Shown: positions 1 to 11,207 of the stretch, in pieces
Layout: the number at the start of each line of letters is the position of its first letter
Position numbering within the stretch: the stretch's first letter is position 1
Assembly: GCA_052327205.1 (NCBI GenBank)
Contig: CM126230.1
Coordinates: forward strand, 12,462,001 to 12,526,000
DNA length: 64,000 nt
From: Somniosus microcephalus
Lineage: Eukaryota
Reading direction: 5' to 3'
Notes under the pieces: model-generated
The model's database searches: none
Told to the model about the DNA's origin: nothing
The model's input: the letters and a program-made list of their open reading frames with translations, nothing else
Translations under genes and position numbers: made by a program

Positions 1-3000
1 CGCCCCCTCCCGACCCCGATCGCCCCCTCCCTACCCCCGATCGCCCCCTCCTTCCCCCCCCGATCGCCCCCTCCCTCCCCTCCGATCTCCCCCTCCCTCA
101 CCCCGATCGCCCCCTCCCTCCCCCCGATCGCCTCCTCCATCCCACCGATCGCCCGCCCCCTCCCCCTCCCCCGATCGCCCCCTCCCTCCCCCCGATCAGC
201 CCCCCTCCCCCGATTGCACCTCCCCTCCCCCCGATCGCCCCTCCCACCCTCCGATCATCCCCTCCCTCCCCCCGATCGCCCCCTCCCTCGCCCCCGATCG
301 CCCCCTCCCTCTCCCCGATTGCCCCCTCCCCCCCGATCGCCCCCCCTCGATCATCCCCCTAAATCGCCCCCTCCTGATTGCCCCCTCCCTCCTGATCGCC
401 CCCTCACTGCCGATCGCCCCACCCTCCCGATCACCTCCTCCCTCCCGAGCGCCCCCTCCCTCCCCCCAATCGCCCCCTCCCTCCCGATTGACCCCTCCCT
501 CCTGATCGCCCCCTCCCTCCCGATCGCCCCCTCCCTCCCGAGCGCCCCCTCCCTCCCCACAATCGCCCCCTCCCTCCCGATTGATCCCTCCCTCCTGATC
601 GCCCCCTCCCTCCCGATCGCCCCCTCCCTCCTGATCACCCCCTCCCTCCCAATCGCCCCCTCCCTCCCGATCACGTCCTCCCTCCCTCCCCCCCGATCAC
701 CCCATCCCTCCCCCCATCACCCCCTCCCTCCCTCCGTTCGCCCCCTCCCTCCCCCCGATCACCCCCTCCCCCGATCACCCCCTCCCTCCCCCCGATCACC
801 CCCTCCCTCCCCCCGATCAGCCCCCTCCCCCCCGATCACCCCCTCCCTCCCTCCCGATCACCCCATCCCTCCCCATCACCCCCTCCCTCAATCCGACCGC
901 CCCCTCCCTCCCCCCCCGATCGCCCCCTCCCTCAGCCATCACCCCATCCCTCCCTCCGATAGCCCCCTCCCTCCCCCCGATCACATACTCCCTCCCCCCC
1001 GATCGCACCCTCCCTCCCCCCGATCGCCCCCTCCCTCCCTCCGATCGCCCCCTCCCTCCCCCCCGATCACCCCTCCCTCCACCCGATCGCCCCATCCCTC
1101 CCCCTCGATCGCCCCCTCCCTCCCCCTCGATCGCCCCCTCCCTCCCCCTTGATCGCCCCCTCCCTCCCGATCGCCCCCTCCCTACTCATCGCCCCCTCCC
1201 TCCCGATCGCCCCCTCCCTCCCGTTCGTCCCCTCCCTCCTGATCGCCCACTCCCTCCCGATCTCCCCCTCCCTACTCATCACCCCCTCCCTCCCTATCGT
1301 ACCCTCCCTCCCTCCTGATCACCCCCTCCTTCCCGATCACTACTTCCCTCCCTCCTGATCACCCCCTCCTTCCCGATCACCCCTTCTCTCCCTCCCTCCC
1401 TCCCTCCTGATCGCCCCCTCCCCCCTCCCGATCACCCCTTCCCTCCTGATCACCCACTCCCTCCTGATCACTCCCTCCCACCCGATCGCCTCCTCCCTCC
1501 TGATCACCCCCTCCCTCCCTCCCGATCAAACCCCCTCCCGATCACCCACTCCCTCCGTCCCTCCCTCCCTCCCAATCGCCCCCTCCCTCCCGATCACCCC
1601 TCCCTCCCTCCCTCCTTCCCGATCACCCCCTCCTTCCCAATCACCCCCTCCCTCCCACCCTCCCTCCTGATCGCCCGCTCCCTCCCTCTTGATCATCCCC
1701 TCCTTCCCGATCGCCCCCTCCCTCCTCATCGCCCCTTCCCTCCCGATCACCCCCTCCCACCTGATCGCCCCCTCGCTCCCTCCCGATCGCCCCCTCCTTC
1801 CTGATCGCCCCCTCACTCCCGATCACCCCCTCCCTTCCTCCCGATCACCCCATCCCTCCCCCCATCAACCCCTCCCTCCCTCAGATTGCCCCCTCCCTCC
1901 CCCGATCACTCCCTCCGTCCCCCCGATCACCCCCTCCCCCCGATCGCCCCCTCCCTCCCGATCACCCCATCCCTCCCCCATCACCCCCTCCCTCCCTCCG
2001 ATCGCCCCCTCCCTCCCCCGATCGCCCCCTCCCTCCCCCCCGATCGCCCCCACCCCCCTCGATTACCCCCCATCGCCTCCTCCCTTCCCCCGATCACACC
2101 CTCCCTTCCCCTGATCACACCCTCCCTCCCCCCTGATCGCCCCCTTCCTGCCCCCAATCGCCCCCTCGCTCCATCCCGATCGCCCCCTCTCTCCCCCCAA
2201 TCGCCCCCTCCCTCCCTCCCGATCGCCCCCCCCTCCCGATCGCCCCCTCACTCCCGATCGCCCCCTCCCTCTCGATCGCCTCCTCCCTCCCGATCGCCCC
2301 CTCCCTCCTCATCGCCCACTCCCTCCCGATCGCCCCCTCTCTACCGATCGCCCCCTCCCTCCCCCCCGATCACCCCTCCCTCCCCCCGATCGCCCCCTCC
2401 CGCCCCCCCGATCGCCCCCTCCCTCCCCGCTGATCGCCCCCTCCCTCCCGCCGATCACCCCCTCCCTCCTTCCCGATCGCCCCCTCCCTCCTCATCGCCC
2501 CTTCCCTCCTGATCACCCCCTCCCTCCCGATCACCCCCTCCCTCCCTCCCGATCACCCCATCCCTCCCCCATCAACCCCTCCCTCCCTCCAATTGCCCCC
2601 TCCCTCCCCCGATCACCCCCTCCCTCCCCCCGATCGCCCTCAACCTTCCTCCTGATCGCCCCTCCCTCCCTCCTGATCGCCTCCAACCTCCCTCCTGATT
2701 GCCCCCTCCCTCCCGATCACCCCCTCCCCCCTGATCGCCCTCTCCCTCCCTCCCGATCACCCCATCCCTCCCCCATCACCCACTTCCTCCCTCTGACCGC
2801 CCCCTCCCTCCCCCCCCGATCGCCCCCCCTCACCCATCAACCCTCCCTCCCTCCGATCGCCCCCTCCCTCCTCCGATCGCCCCCTCCCTCCCCCCCGATC
2901 GCCCCTCCCTCCCCGATCGCCCCCTCCCTCCCCCTCGATCGCTGCCTCCCTCCCCCTCGATCGCCCCCTCCCTCCCCCCCGATCGCCCCCTCCCTCCCCC

Positions 3001-6000
3001 GATCGCCACCACCCTCCCCCTCGATTGCCGCCTCTCTCCCCTCCCGCCCCTCGATCATCCCCTCCCGCCCCACCCGATCACCCCTCCCTCCCCCCCGATC
3101 GCCCCCTCCATCCACACAATCACCCCCTCCCTCCCCCCGATCGCCCCCTCCCACCGATTGCCCCCTCCCTCCCCACAATTGCCCCCTCCCTCCCCCCGAT
3201 CAACCCTCCCTCCCCCCCGATCACCCAATCACATCCCCCGATTGCCCCCTCACTCTCCCCCAATCGCCCCCTCCCTCCCCCCGATCGCCCCCTCCCTCCC
3301 CCGATCGCCCCCTCCCTCCCTCCCGATCGCCCCCTCCCTCCCTCCTGATGGCCCCCTCCCTCCCGATCACCTCCACCCTCCTGATCACTCCCTCCCTCCC
3401 GATCGCCCCCTCCCTCCCGATCACCTGCTCCCTCCCGATCGCCCCCTCCCTCCCGATCACCCCCTCCCTTCCTCCCGATCGCCCCCTCCCTCCCGATCAC
3501 CCCCTCCCTCCCTCCCGATCACCCCCTCCCTCCCTCCCAATGGCCCCCTCCCTCCTGATCACCCCCTCTCCCTCCCGATCGCCCCCTCCCAACCAATCGC
3601 ACCCTCCCTCCTGATCACCCCCTCCATCCCTCCCTCCCTCATCATCGCCCCCTCCCTCCTAATCGCCCCCTCCCTCCTGATCACCCTCTCCCTCCCTCCT
3701 GATCGTCCCCTCCCTCCTGATCACCCCCTCCCTCCCTCCCGAACACCCCCTCCCTCCCACCCGATCGCCCTCTCCCTCCCCCGATCGCCCCCACCCCACC
3801 TCGATCACCCCCCATCGCCTCCTCCCTACCCCTGATCGCCCCCTCCCTCTTATCACTCCCTCCCTCCCGATCGCCCCCTCCCTCCCGATCACCCGCTCCC
3901 TCCCGATCGCCCCCTCCCTCACCCATCACCCCCTCCCTCCCTCCGATCGCCCCCTCCCTCCCCCCGATCGCATACTCCCTCCCCCCCTGATCGCCCGCTC
4001 CCTCCCCGCGATCGCCCCCTCCCTCCCCCTCGATCGCCACCTCCCTCCCCTCCCATCACACCCTCCCCCCCTCGATCACCCCTCCCTCCCCCGATCGCCC
4101 CCTCACTCTCCCCCAATCGCCCCCTCCCTCCCCCCAATCGCCTCCTCCCTCCCCCGATTGCCCCTCTCCCCCCGATCGCCCCACCCCCCCTCGATCACCC
4201 CCCGATCGCTTCCTCCCTTCCCCCGATCGCTCCCTCCCTCCCTCCCAATCGCCCCCTCCCTGCTCATCGCCTCCTCCCTCCCTATCGCCCCTTCCCTCCC
4301 GATCACCCCTCCCCCCCTCCCTCCCACCCTCCTGATCACCCCTTCCCTCCTGATCACCCACTCCCCTCCCGATTACTCCCTCCGTCCCAATCGCCCCCTC
4401 CCTCCCGATCATCCCCTCCTTCCCAATCGCCCCTTCCTCCCGATCGCCCCCTCCCTCCCGATCACCCCCTCCCTCCCTCCCGATCACCCCCTCCCTCCCT
4501 CCCAATGGCCCCCTCCCTCCTGATCACCCCCTCTCCCTCCCGATCGCCCCCTCCCAACCAATCGCACCCTCCCTCCTGATCACCCCCTCCATCCCTCCCT
4601 CCCTCATCATCGCCCCCTCCCTCCTAATCGCCCCCTCCCTCCTGATCACCCTCTCCCTCCCTCCTGATCGTCCCCTCCCTCCTGATCACCCCCTCCCTCC
4701 CTCCCGATCACCCCCTCCCTCCCACCCGATCGCCCTCTCCCTCCCCCGATCGCCCCCACCCCACCTCGATCACCCCCCATCGCCTCCTCCCTACCCCTGA
4801 TCGCCCCCTCCCTCTTATCACTCCCTCCCTCCCGATCGCCCCCTCCCTCCCGATCACCCGCTCCCTCCCGATCGCCCCCTCCCTCACCCATCACCCCCTC
4901 CCTCCCTCCGATCGCCCCCTCCCTCCCCCCGATCGCATACTCCCTCCCCCCCTGATCGCCCGCTCCCTCCCCGCGATCGCCCCCTCCCTCCCCCTCGATC
5001 GCCACCTCCCTCCCCTCCCATCACACCCTCCCCCCCTCGATCACCCCTCCCTCCCCCGATCGCCCCCTCACTCTCCCCCAATCGCCCCCTCCCTCCCCCC
5101 AATCGCCTCCTCCCTCCCCCGATTGCCCCTCTCCCCCCCGATCGCCCCACCCCCCCTCGATCACCCCCCGATCGCTTCCTCCCTTCCCCCGATCGCTCCC
5201 TCCCTCCCTCCCAATCGCCCCCTCCCTGCTCATCGCCTCCTCCCTCCCTATCGCCCCTTCCCTCCCGATCACCCCTCCCCCCCTCCCTCCCACCCTCCTG
5301 ATCACCCCTTCCCTCCTGATCACCCACTCCCCTCCCGATTACTCCCTCCGTCCCAATCGCCCCCTCCCTCCCGATCATCCCCTCCTTCCCAATCGCCCCT
5401 TCCCTCCTGATCACCCCCTCCCTCCCGATCGCCCCTCCCTCCCCCGATCGCCCCCTCCCTTCCCCCAATTGCCTCCAAACTCCCTCCTGATCGCCCCCTC
5501 CCTCCCTCCCGATCGCCCCCTCCCTCCTTATCAATCGCCCCCTCCCTCCCTCCCTCCCTCCTGATCGCCCCCTCCCTCCCTCCTGATCACCCCCTCCCTC
5601 CTGATCGCCCCCTCCGTCCCGATCACCCCCTCCCCCCCGATTGCCCCCTCCCTCCCTCCCGATCACCGCATCCCTCCCCACGATCGCCCCCTCCCTCCCT
5701 CCGATCACCCCCTCCCCCCCGATTGCCCCCTCCCTCCCTCCCGATCACCGCATCCCTCCCCACGATCGCCCCCTCCCTCCCTCCGACCGCCCCCTCCCTC
5801 CCCCCGATCGCCCCCTCCCTCCCCCCGATCGCCCCCTCCCTCCCTCCTGATCGCCCCCTCACTCCGATCACCCCCTCCCTCCCTCCTGATCGCCCCCTCC
5901 CTCCCGATCACCCCATCCCCCCCTCACCCATCAACCCCTCCCTCCCCCTCGAACGCGGCCTCCCTCCCCTCCCATCGCCCCCTCCCCCCCTCGATCACCC

Positions 6001-6382
6001 CCTCCCGCCCCTTCACTCTCCCCCGATCGCCCCCTCCCTCCCCCCTGATCACCCCCTCCCTCCCGATCGCCCCCTCCCTCCCTCCCGATCGCACTTCCCC
6101 CCCGATCGCCCCCTCCCCTCCGATCGCCCCCTCCCTCCTGATCACCCCCTCCCTCCCGATCAGCTCCTCCCACCCCGATCGCCCCCTCCCCCCACAATCG
6201 CCAACTCCCTCCCTCCCGATCGCCCCCTCCCTCCCGATCGCCCCCTCCCTCCCGATCACCCCCTCCCTCCCTCCCGATCGCCCCCTCCTTCTGATCGCCC
6301 ACTCCCTCCCGATCACCCCCTCCCTCCCAATCGCCCCCTCCCTCCTGATCACCCCCTCCCTCCCTCCCGATCGCCCCCTCCC

Positions 6383-6612
6383 TGTGGTAAACCACTGTAT
6401 TGTATATTGCCACCTCTGGGTGGCGCTGTGTATGGAGGCATGCCTCAGCTGACTCCACCCACCACTGTGTGGGTTTCGTTCAGACTTGTTCAGTCACTCA
6501 CGAAGAAGCATGGTCTCTTCTTAGCTAATAAAAGCCTTATTCATCTCTTCTTTCGACTCGTCATCTCTTCTTCAACTCATCACCTTTTATGAAGTAATTG
6601 ATAAGCGTATCA
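6383..6612 (+). mobile_element. Solo LTR (230 bp) of the adjacent Gypsy element
   Basis: TG...CA termini, identical by eye to the LTRs at 7085 and 11208, flanked by CTCCC on both sides, no internal sequence. Confidence 0.95.
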
Positions 6613-7084
6613 CTCCCTCCCAATCGCACGCTCCCTCCTGATCGCCCCCTCCCTCCCTCCTGATCGCCCCCTCCCTCCTGATCGCCCTCTCCCTCCTGAT
6701 CGCCCTCTCCCTCCCTCCTGATTTCCCGTCCCTCCCGATCACCCCCTGCCTATCGCTCCCTCCCTCCCGATCACTCCCTCCCTCCCTCCCTCGCGATCAC
6801 CCCCTCCCTCCCGATCACCCCCTCCCTCCCAAACGATTGCACCCTCCCTCCTCATTGCCCCCTCCCTCCTGATCGCCCCCCTCCCTCCCGATCGCCCCCC
6901 CCTCCCACCCTCCGTCCCGATCACCCCCTCCCTTCTGATCACCCCCTCCCTCCCTCCCGATCGCCCCTTCCCTCCTGATCACCCCCTCCCTCCCAATCGC
7001 CCCCTCCCTCCCGATCACCCCCTCCCTCCCAATCGCCCCCTCCCTCCTGATCACCCCCTCCCTCCCTCCCGATCGCCCCCTCCC

Positions 7085-7314
7085 TGTGGTAAACCACTGT
7101 ATTGTATATTGCCACCTCTGGGTGGCGCTGTGTATGGAGGCATGCCTCAGCTGACTCCACCCACCACTGTGTGGGTTTCGTTCAGACTTGTTCAGTCACT
7201 CACGAAGAAGCATGGTCTCTTCTTAGCTAATAAAAGCCTTATTCATCTCTTCTTTCGACTCGTCATCTCTTCTTCAACTCATCACCTTTTATGAAGTAAT
7301 TGATAAGCGTATCA
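7085..7314 (+). repeat. 5' LTR
   Basis: TGTGGTAAACC...GCGTATCA; AATAAA at 7229-7234. Confidence 0.95.
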
Positions 7315-7315
7315 A

Positions 7316-7328
7316 TTTTATTAGCTAA
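7316..7328 (+). promoter_or_regulatory. Primer-binding site, self-priming type (complementary to LTR 7223-7235)
   Basis: TTTTATTAGCTAA lies 1 nt after the 5' LTR and is the exact reverse complement of TTAGCTAATAAAA in the LTR. There is no TGG-initiated tRNA PBS. Confidence 0.8.
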
Positions 7329-7335
7329 AAGTTAA

Positions 7336-9909
7336 ATGGCGACACCTGAGGAGCAACAACAGCAACGGATACAGCAGACATTGCTGAGAGCCCTCAGACC
7401 ACCACGCCTGGACCTCGACCCTCAAGAGGTGGGTGCATCAGCCAAGTTTGAACACTGGCTGAGCTGCTTTGAATCCTTCCTCGCAATCTCACAGGTTACA
7501 GAGGAGGATCACAAACTGAAAATTTTGACCGCCCAGGTGAGCCATCAAGTATATATGCTAATCCGGGACTCTAATACGTACGTGGCGGCCCTCGAGCTAC
7601 TAAAAGGGCAATATACGCGCCCAGTGAACACAATTTACGCCCGACACCTCTTGGGATCCCGCAGGCAGCAACCGGGAGAATCGGTAGGGGCATTTGCACG
7701 GGCGCTACTGGCACTCTGCAGAGACTGCGATTGTAAAGCGGTAACGGCTGTGGAGCACGCGCAGGGACTCGCCTGTGATGCCTTCGTCAGGGGCCTCCAG
7801 TCAGACCACACCCGGCAGAGACTGCTAGAAAGCAAGGAACCCGACCTGAAGACGGCCATTGCCCTTGCGCTCTCGTTAGAGGAGGCCCACCGAAACCTCG
7901 AGGCATACCCCCGTAACGGCGCCGAGACATGGCAATCGAAACCGTGGGACACGGGACCGCCGCCCCCGGCACCAACCGCTGCAGCGACCCAACCGAGACA
8001 GCAGCCTCCGGTAAGAACTGCTTCGATGCCCAGTAACCAGGCCCAAAGATGCTATTTCTGTGGCCAGTTAAAACATCCCAGAGCGCACTGCCCAGCTAAG
8101 ACAGCTACCTGCTCGGGCTGCGGGAAGAAAGGCCATTACGCTAACGCCTGCAAGGGGAAGCCAGCCAGCAGCGCAGCGTGCGGGCCGTGGGAGCAGCCAT
8201 CTTATCCGCCATTTTGTGTACCCCCGGCCGCATGGCATCCGCCGCCATCATATCCAACGCACTCAACCGCCATTTCGTCACCGGAACCGACCACCGTCTC
8301 GGCGGATGACTATAGTGACTCACTAAGCCACATACTGGCCTCCGTGACGCTGGATCAAGCCCTCCCTCACCATCTATCCAGCTCCATGATGGATATCGCG
8401 GTAAACGGCCGCGCCACCAGTTGCCTGATCGACAGCGGGAGCACAGAGAGTTTCGTCCACCCCGACACGGTACGTAGCCACTCCCTCACGATTCTGCCAA
8501 CGCACCATCACATTTCTATGGCGTCCAAGTCCCAGTCAATGGACATCAGCGGCTACTGTGTGGTGACCCTGTCAGTAGGGGGCACTGAATATAAAAAATT
8601 TAAACTGCTAGTCCTGCCCCGTCTTTGCGCTGCCGTCCTGCTAGGGTTGGATTTTCAGTGCCACCTTAAGAGTGTCACACTAGCATACGGTGGACCCCTC
8701 CCCCCACTCACAGTCTGCAACCAACAACTTTTAAATCGCCCGCTGCAAACCACCTGCAGCCTTTCCACATTAAAAGTCCCCCCCCCTCCCCTGTTCGCTA
8801 ACCTCACCCGCGACTGTAAACCCATCGCTACCAAAAGCAGGCGGTACAGTGCCGGGGACAGAGCTTTTATCAGCTCTGAGGTGGAGCGGCTATTGAAGGA
8901 GGGCATTATCGAAGGTAGCACTAGCCCCTGGCGAGCCCAGGTTGTAGTCGTTAAAACCACTGCAAAACGCCGCATGGTAATCGACTACAGCCAAACCATA
9001 AACCGGTACACCCAGCTGGACGCGTACCCCCTCCCTCGCATATCTGATATGGTCAATCAGATTGCGCAATACAAAGTATTCTCCACCATCGACCTTAAGT
9101 CAGCGTACCACCAGCTGCCCATCCGCCATGAGGACCGCCAGTATACTGCCTTCGAGGCAAACGGCCGCCTCTACCACTTCCTTAGGGTCCCCTTCGGCAT
9201 CACCAACGGGGTTTCGGTCTTCCAAAGGGAGATGGACCGAATGGTTGACCAGAACGCGCTGCGGACAACCTTCCCCTATTTGGATAACGTCACCATCTGC
9301 GGCCACGACCAGCAGGACCACGACGTTAATCTAGCAAATTTCCTCCGTACGGCCCAACGGCTGAACCTAACGTACAATAAAGAAAAATGTATGTTTCACA
9401 CCAAGCGCCTGGCCATCCTCGGCTGCGTGGTGGAGAACGGAGTCATCGGGCCCGACCCCGACAGAATGCGCCCCCTAATGGAGCTACCCCTTCCCCACTG
9501 CCAAAAAGCACTGAAGAGATGCCTGGGGTTTTTCTCCTACTACGCCCAGTGGGTGCCCCTCTATGCAGACAAAGCCAGGCCCCTCATCAAAGCCACCTCC
9601 TTCCCCCTGACACCAGAGGCGTGTGCAGCCTTCACTCTTATCAAGAACGATATCGCGAAGGCCGCAATGCACGCGGTGGATGAGTCCATCCCCTTCCAAG
9701 TGGAGAGCGATGCCTCCGACTTCGCCCTAGCCGCGACCCTTAACCAGGCGGGCAGACCCGTGGCCTTTTTCTCAAGGACCCTCCAGGGCCCCGAGACGAG
9801 ACACTCCTCCGTCGAAAAGGAGGCCCAGGCTATTGTAGAAGCGGTGCGTCACTGGAGCATTACCTGGCCGGGAAACGATTTACCCTGCTCACTGACCAGC
9901 GTTCAGTAG
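7336..9909 (+). CDS. gag-pol: Gag-Pol polyprotein, N-terminal part: Gag with two CCHC zinc knuckles, aspartic protease, reverse transcriptase, RNase H (frameshifted at ~9856)
   Basis: CYFCGQLKHPRAHC and CSGCGKKGHYANAC knuckles; LIDSGS protease motif; RT motifs IDLKSAYHQL, VPFG and YLDN; RNase H motifs ESDASD and EKEAQAIV. Confidence 0.93.
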   Translation: MATPEEQQQQRIQQTLLRALRPPRLDLDPQEVGASAKFEHWLSCFESFLAISQVTEEDHKLKILTAQVSHQVYMLIRDSNTYVAALELLKGQYTRPVNTIYARHLLGSRRQQPGESVGAFARALLALCRDCDCKAVTAVEHAQGLACDAFVRGLQSDHTRQRLLESKEPDLKTAIALALSLEEAHRNLEAYPRNGAETWQSKPWDTGPPPPAPTAAATQPRQQPPVRTASMPSNQAQRCYFCGQLKHPRAHCPAKTATCSGCGKKGHYANACKGKPASSAACGPWEQPSYPPFCVPPAAWHPPPSYPTHSTAISSPEPTTVSADDYSDSLSHILASVTLDQALPHHLSSSMMDIAVNGRATSCLIDSGSTESFVHPDTVRSHSLTILPTHHHISMASKSQSMDISGYCVVTLSVGGTEYKKFKLLVLPRLCAAVLLGLDFQCHLKSVTLAYGGPLPPLTVCNQQLLNRPLQTTCSLSTLKVPPPPLFANLTRDCKPIATKSRRYSAGDRAFISSEVERLLKEGIIEGSTSPWRAQVVVVKTTAKRRMVIDYSQTINRYTQLDAYPLPRISDMVNQIAQYKVFSTIDLKSAYHQLPIRHEDRQYTAFEANGRLYHFLRVPFGITNGVSVFQREMDRMVDQNALRTTFPYLDNVTICGHDQQDHDVNLANFLRTAQRLNLTYNKEKCMFHTKRLAILGCVVENGVIGPDPDRMRPLMELPLPHCQKALKRCLGFFSYYAQWVPLYADKARPLIKATSFPLTPEACAAFTLIKNDIAKAAMHAVDESIPFQVESDASDFALAATLNQAGRPVAFFSRTLQGPETRHSSVEKEAQAIVEAVRHWSITWPGNDLPCSLTSVQ

Positions 9910-9914
9910 CTTTT

Positions 9915-11165
9915 ATGTTTAATAATAAGCAGAGGGGTAAAATCAAGAACGACAAGATCTTGAGGTGGAGAATCGAACTCTCCACCTACAATTATGATAT
10001 CTTGTATCGGCCAGGGAAACTCAATGAGCCCCCAGATGCCCTATCACGTGGTACATGCGCCAACGCGCAGAGTGATAGGCTGCAGTCCCTCCACAATGAC
10101 CTCTGCCACCCGGGGGTCCCCAGGTTTTTCCATTTTATCAAATCCCGTAACCTGCCCTACTCCATCGAGGAGGTCAGGACCATGACCAAGAGCTGCCAAA
10201 TCTGCGCCGAGTGCAAACCGCACTTCTATAGGCCGGACAGAGCAAGCCTGATCAAGGCCACCCGCCCCTTCGAACGCCTGAGCGTCGATTTTAAAGGGCC
10301 CCTCCCCTCCGCTGACCGCAATGTGTACTTCCTCAACATAGTTGATGAGTACTCCCGTTTCCCCTTTGCCATCCCTTGCCCAGACATGACCAGTACCACG
10401 GTCATCAAGTGTCTGAATGACATCTTCGCTCTGTTCGGGTTCCCCAGCTATATACATAGCGACAGGGGCTCATCGTTCATGAGCGACGAACTTCGGCAGT
10501 ACCTGCTAACAAGAGGTATCGCCACGAGCAGGACCACCAGTTACAACCCCCGGGGGAACGGCCAGGTGGAAAGGGAGAACGCGACGGTTTGGAAGGCAGT
10601 CCTCTTAGCACTAAAATCTAAGGGCCTTCCGACCTCCCGCTGGCAGGAGGTCCTCCCTGCAGCGCTCCACTCCATTCGGTCACTGCTTTGTACTGCCACT
10701 AATGCGACCCCTCATGAGAAAATGTTCGTTTTCCCCCGGAAGTCTACATCGGGAACCTCGCTACCGGCATGGTTGACTTCTCCTGGGCCCGTCCTACTGC
10801 GGAGGCACGTGAGGACGCATAAAATGGACCCCCTGGTCGAGCGGGTGCACCTCCTACACGCCAACCCCCAGTATGCCTGGGTGACATACCCAGACGGGCG
10901 GGAGGACACGGTCTCCATACGAGATCTCGCACCCTCGGGTACCCCTGAATTACCACCGTTATCCCCCTTACCACCGTTATCCCCCTTACCACTGTTATCC
11001 CCCACCACCCCTCCCAACCCAACCCCTGCAGACGGCATGCCAAAGCCCCAGGAATCTTCGCCAACCACCCAGACACCAGACCCGACGTCGGATGCTGCAA
11101 CACCACCGCCGCCACCACGACGATCAGGACGTCAGACAAGGCCTCCTGATAGACTTAACTTGTAG
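9915..11165 (+). CDS. pol: Pol C-terminal part: end of RNase H and DDE integrase (reading frame actually continues from ~9858)
   Basis: HHCC (HNDLCH...CQIC); DDE motifs VDFKGP, SDRGSSF and NGQVER; C-terminal RRSGRQTRPPDRL. Upstream in the same frame is HYLAGKRFTLLTDQRSV. Confidence 0.93.
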   Translation: MFNNKQRGKIKNDKILRWRIELSTYNYDILYRPGKLNEPPDALSRGTCANAQSDRLQSLHNDLCHPGVPRFFHFIKSRNLPYSIEEVRTMTKSCQICAECKPHFYRPDRASLIKATRPFERLSVDFKGPLPSADRNVYFLNIVDEYSRFPFAIPCPDMTSTTVIKCLNDIFALFGFPSYIHSDRGSSFMSDELRQYLLTRGIATSRTTSYNPRGNGQVERENATVWKAVLLALKSKGLPTSRWQEVLPAALHSIRSLLCTATNATPHEKMFVFPRKSTSGTSLPAWLTSPGPVLLRRHVRTHKMDPLVERVHLLHANPQYAWVTYPDGREDTVSIRDLAPSGTPELPPLSPLPPLSPLPLLSPTTPPNPTPADGMPKPQESSPTTQTPDPTSDAATPPPPPRRSGRQTRPPDRLNL

Positions 11166-11193
11166 TACCCTTCACCCCGCCGGACTTCACATT

Positions 11194-11207
11194 AAACAAG
11201 GGGTGAA
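11194..11207 (+). promoter_or_regulatory. Polypurine tract (plus-strand primer)
   Basis: AAACAAGGGGTGAA directly 5' of the 3' LTR. Confidence 0.8.

Noticed and set aside
214-6592. Long Pro/Ser-rich (extensin- or formin-like) and Gly/Arg-rich ORFs
   Set aside because: They are translations of the C-rich minisatellite, open in several frames on both strands, with frequent frame-breaking unit-length changes.
7109-7294. 61-aa ORF repeated three times (also 11232 and within 5723-6592)
   Set aside because: An incidental frame inside the LTR with a non-ATG start; it is repeated only because the LTRs are identical.
9840-9915. Programmed ribosomal frameshift between the two Gypsy ORFs
   Set aside because: The break lies inside RNase H rather than at the gag/pol boundary, with no slippery sequence; a 1-bp deletion explains it.
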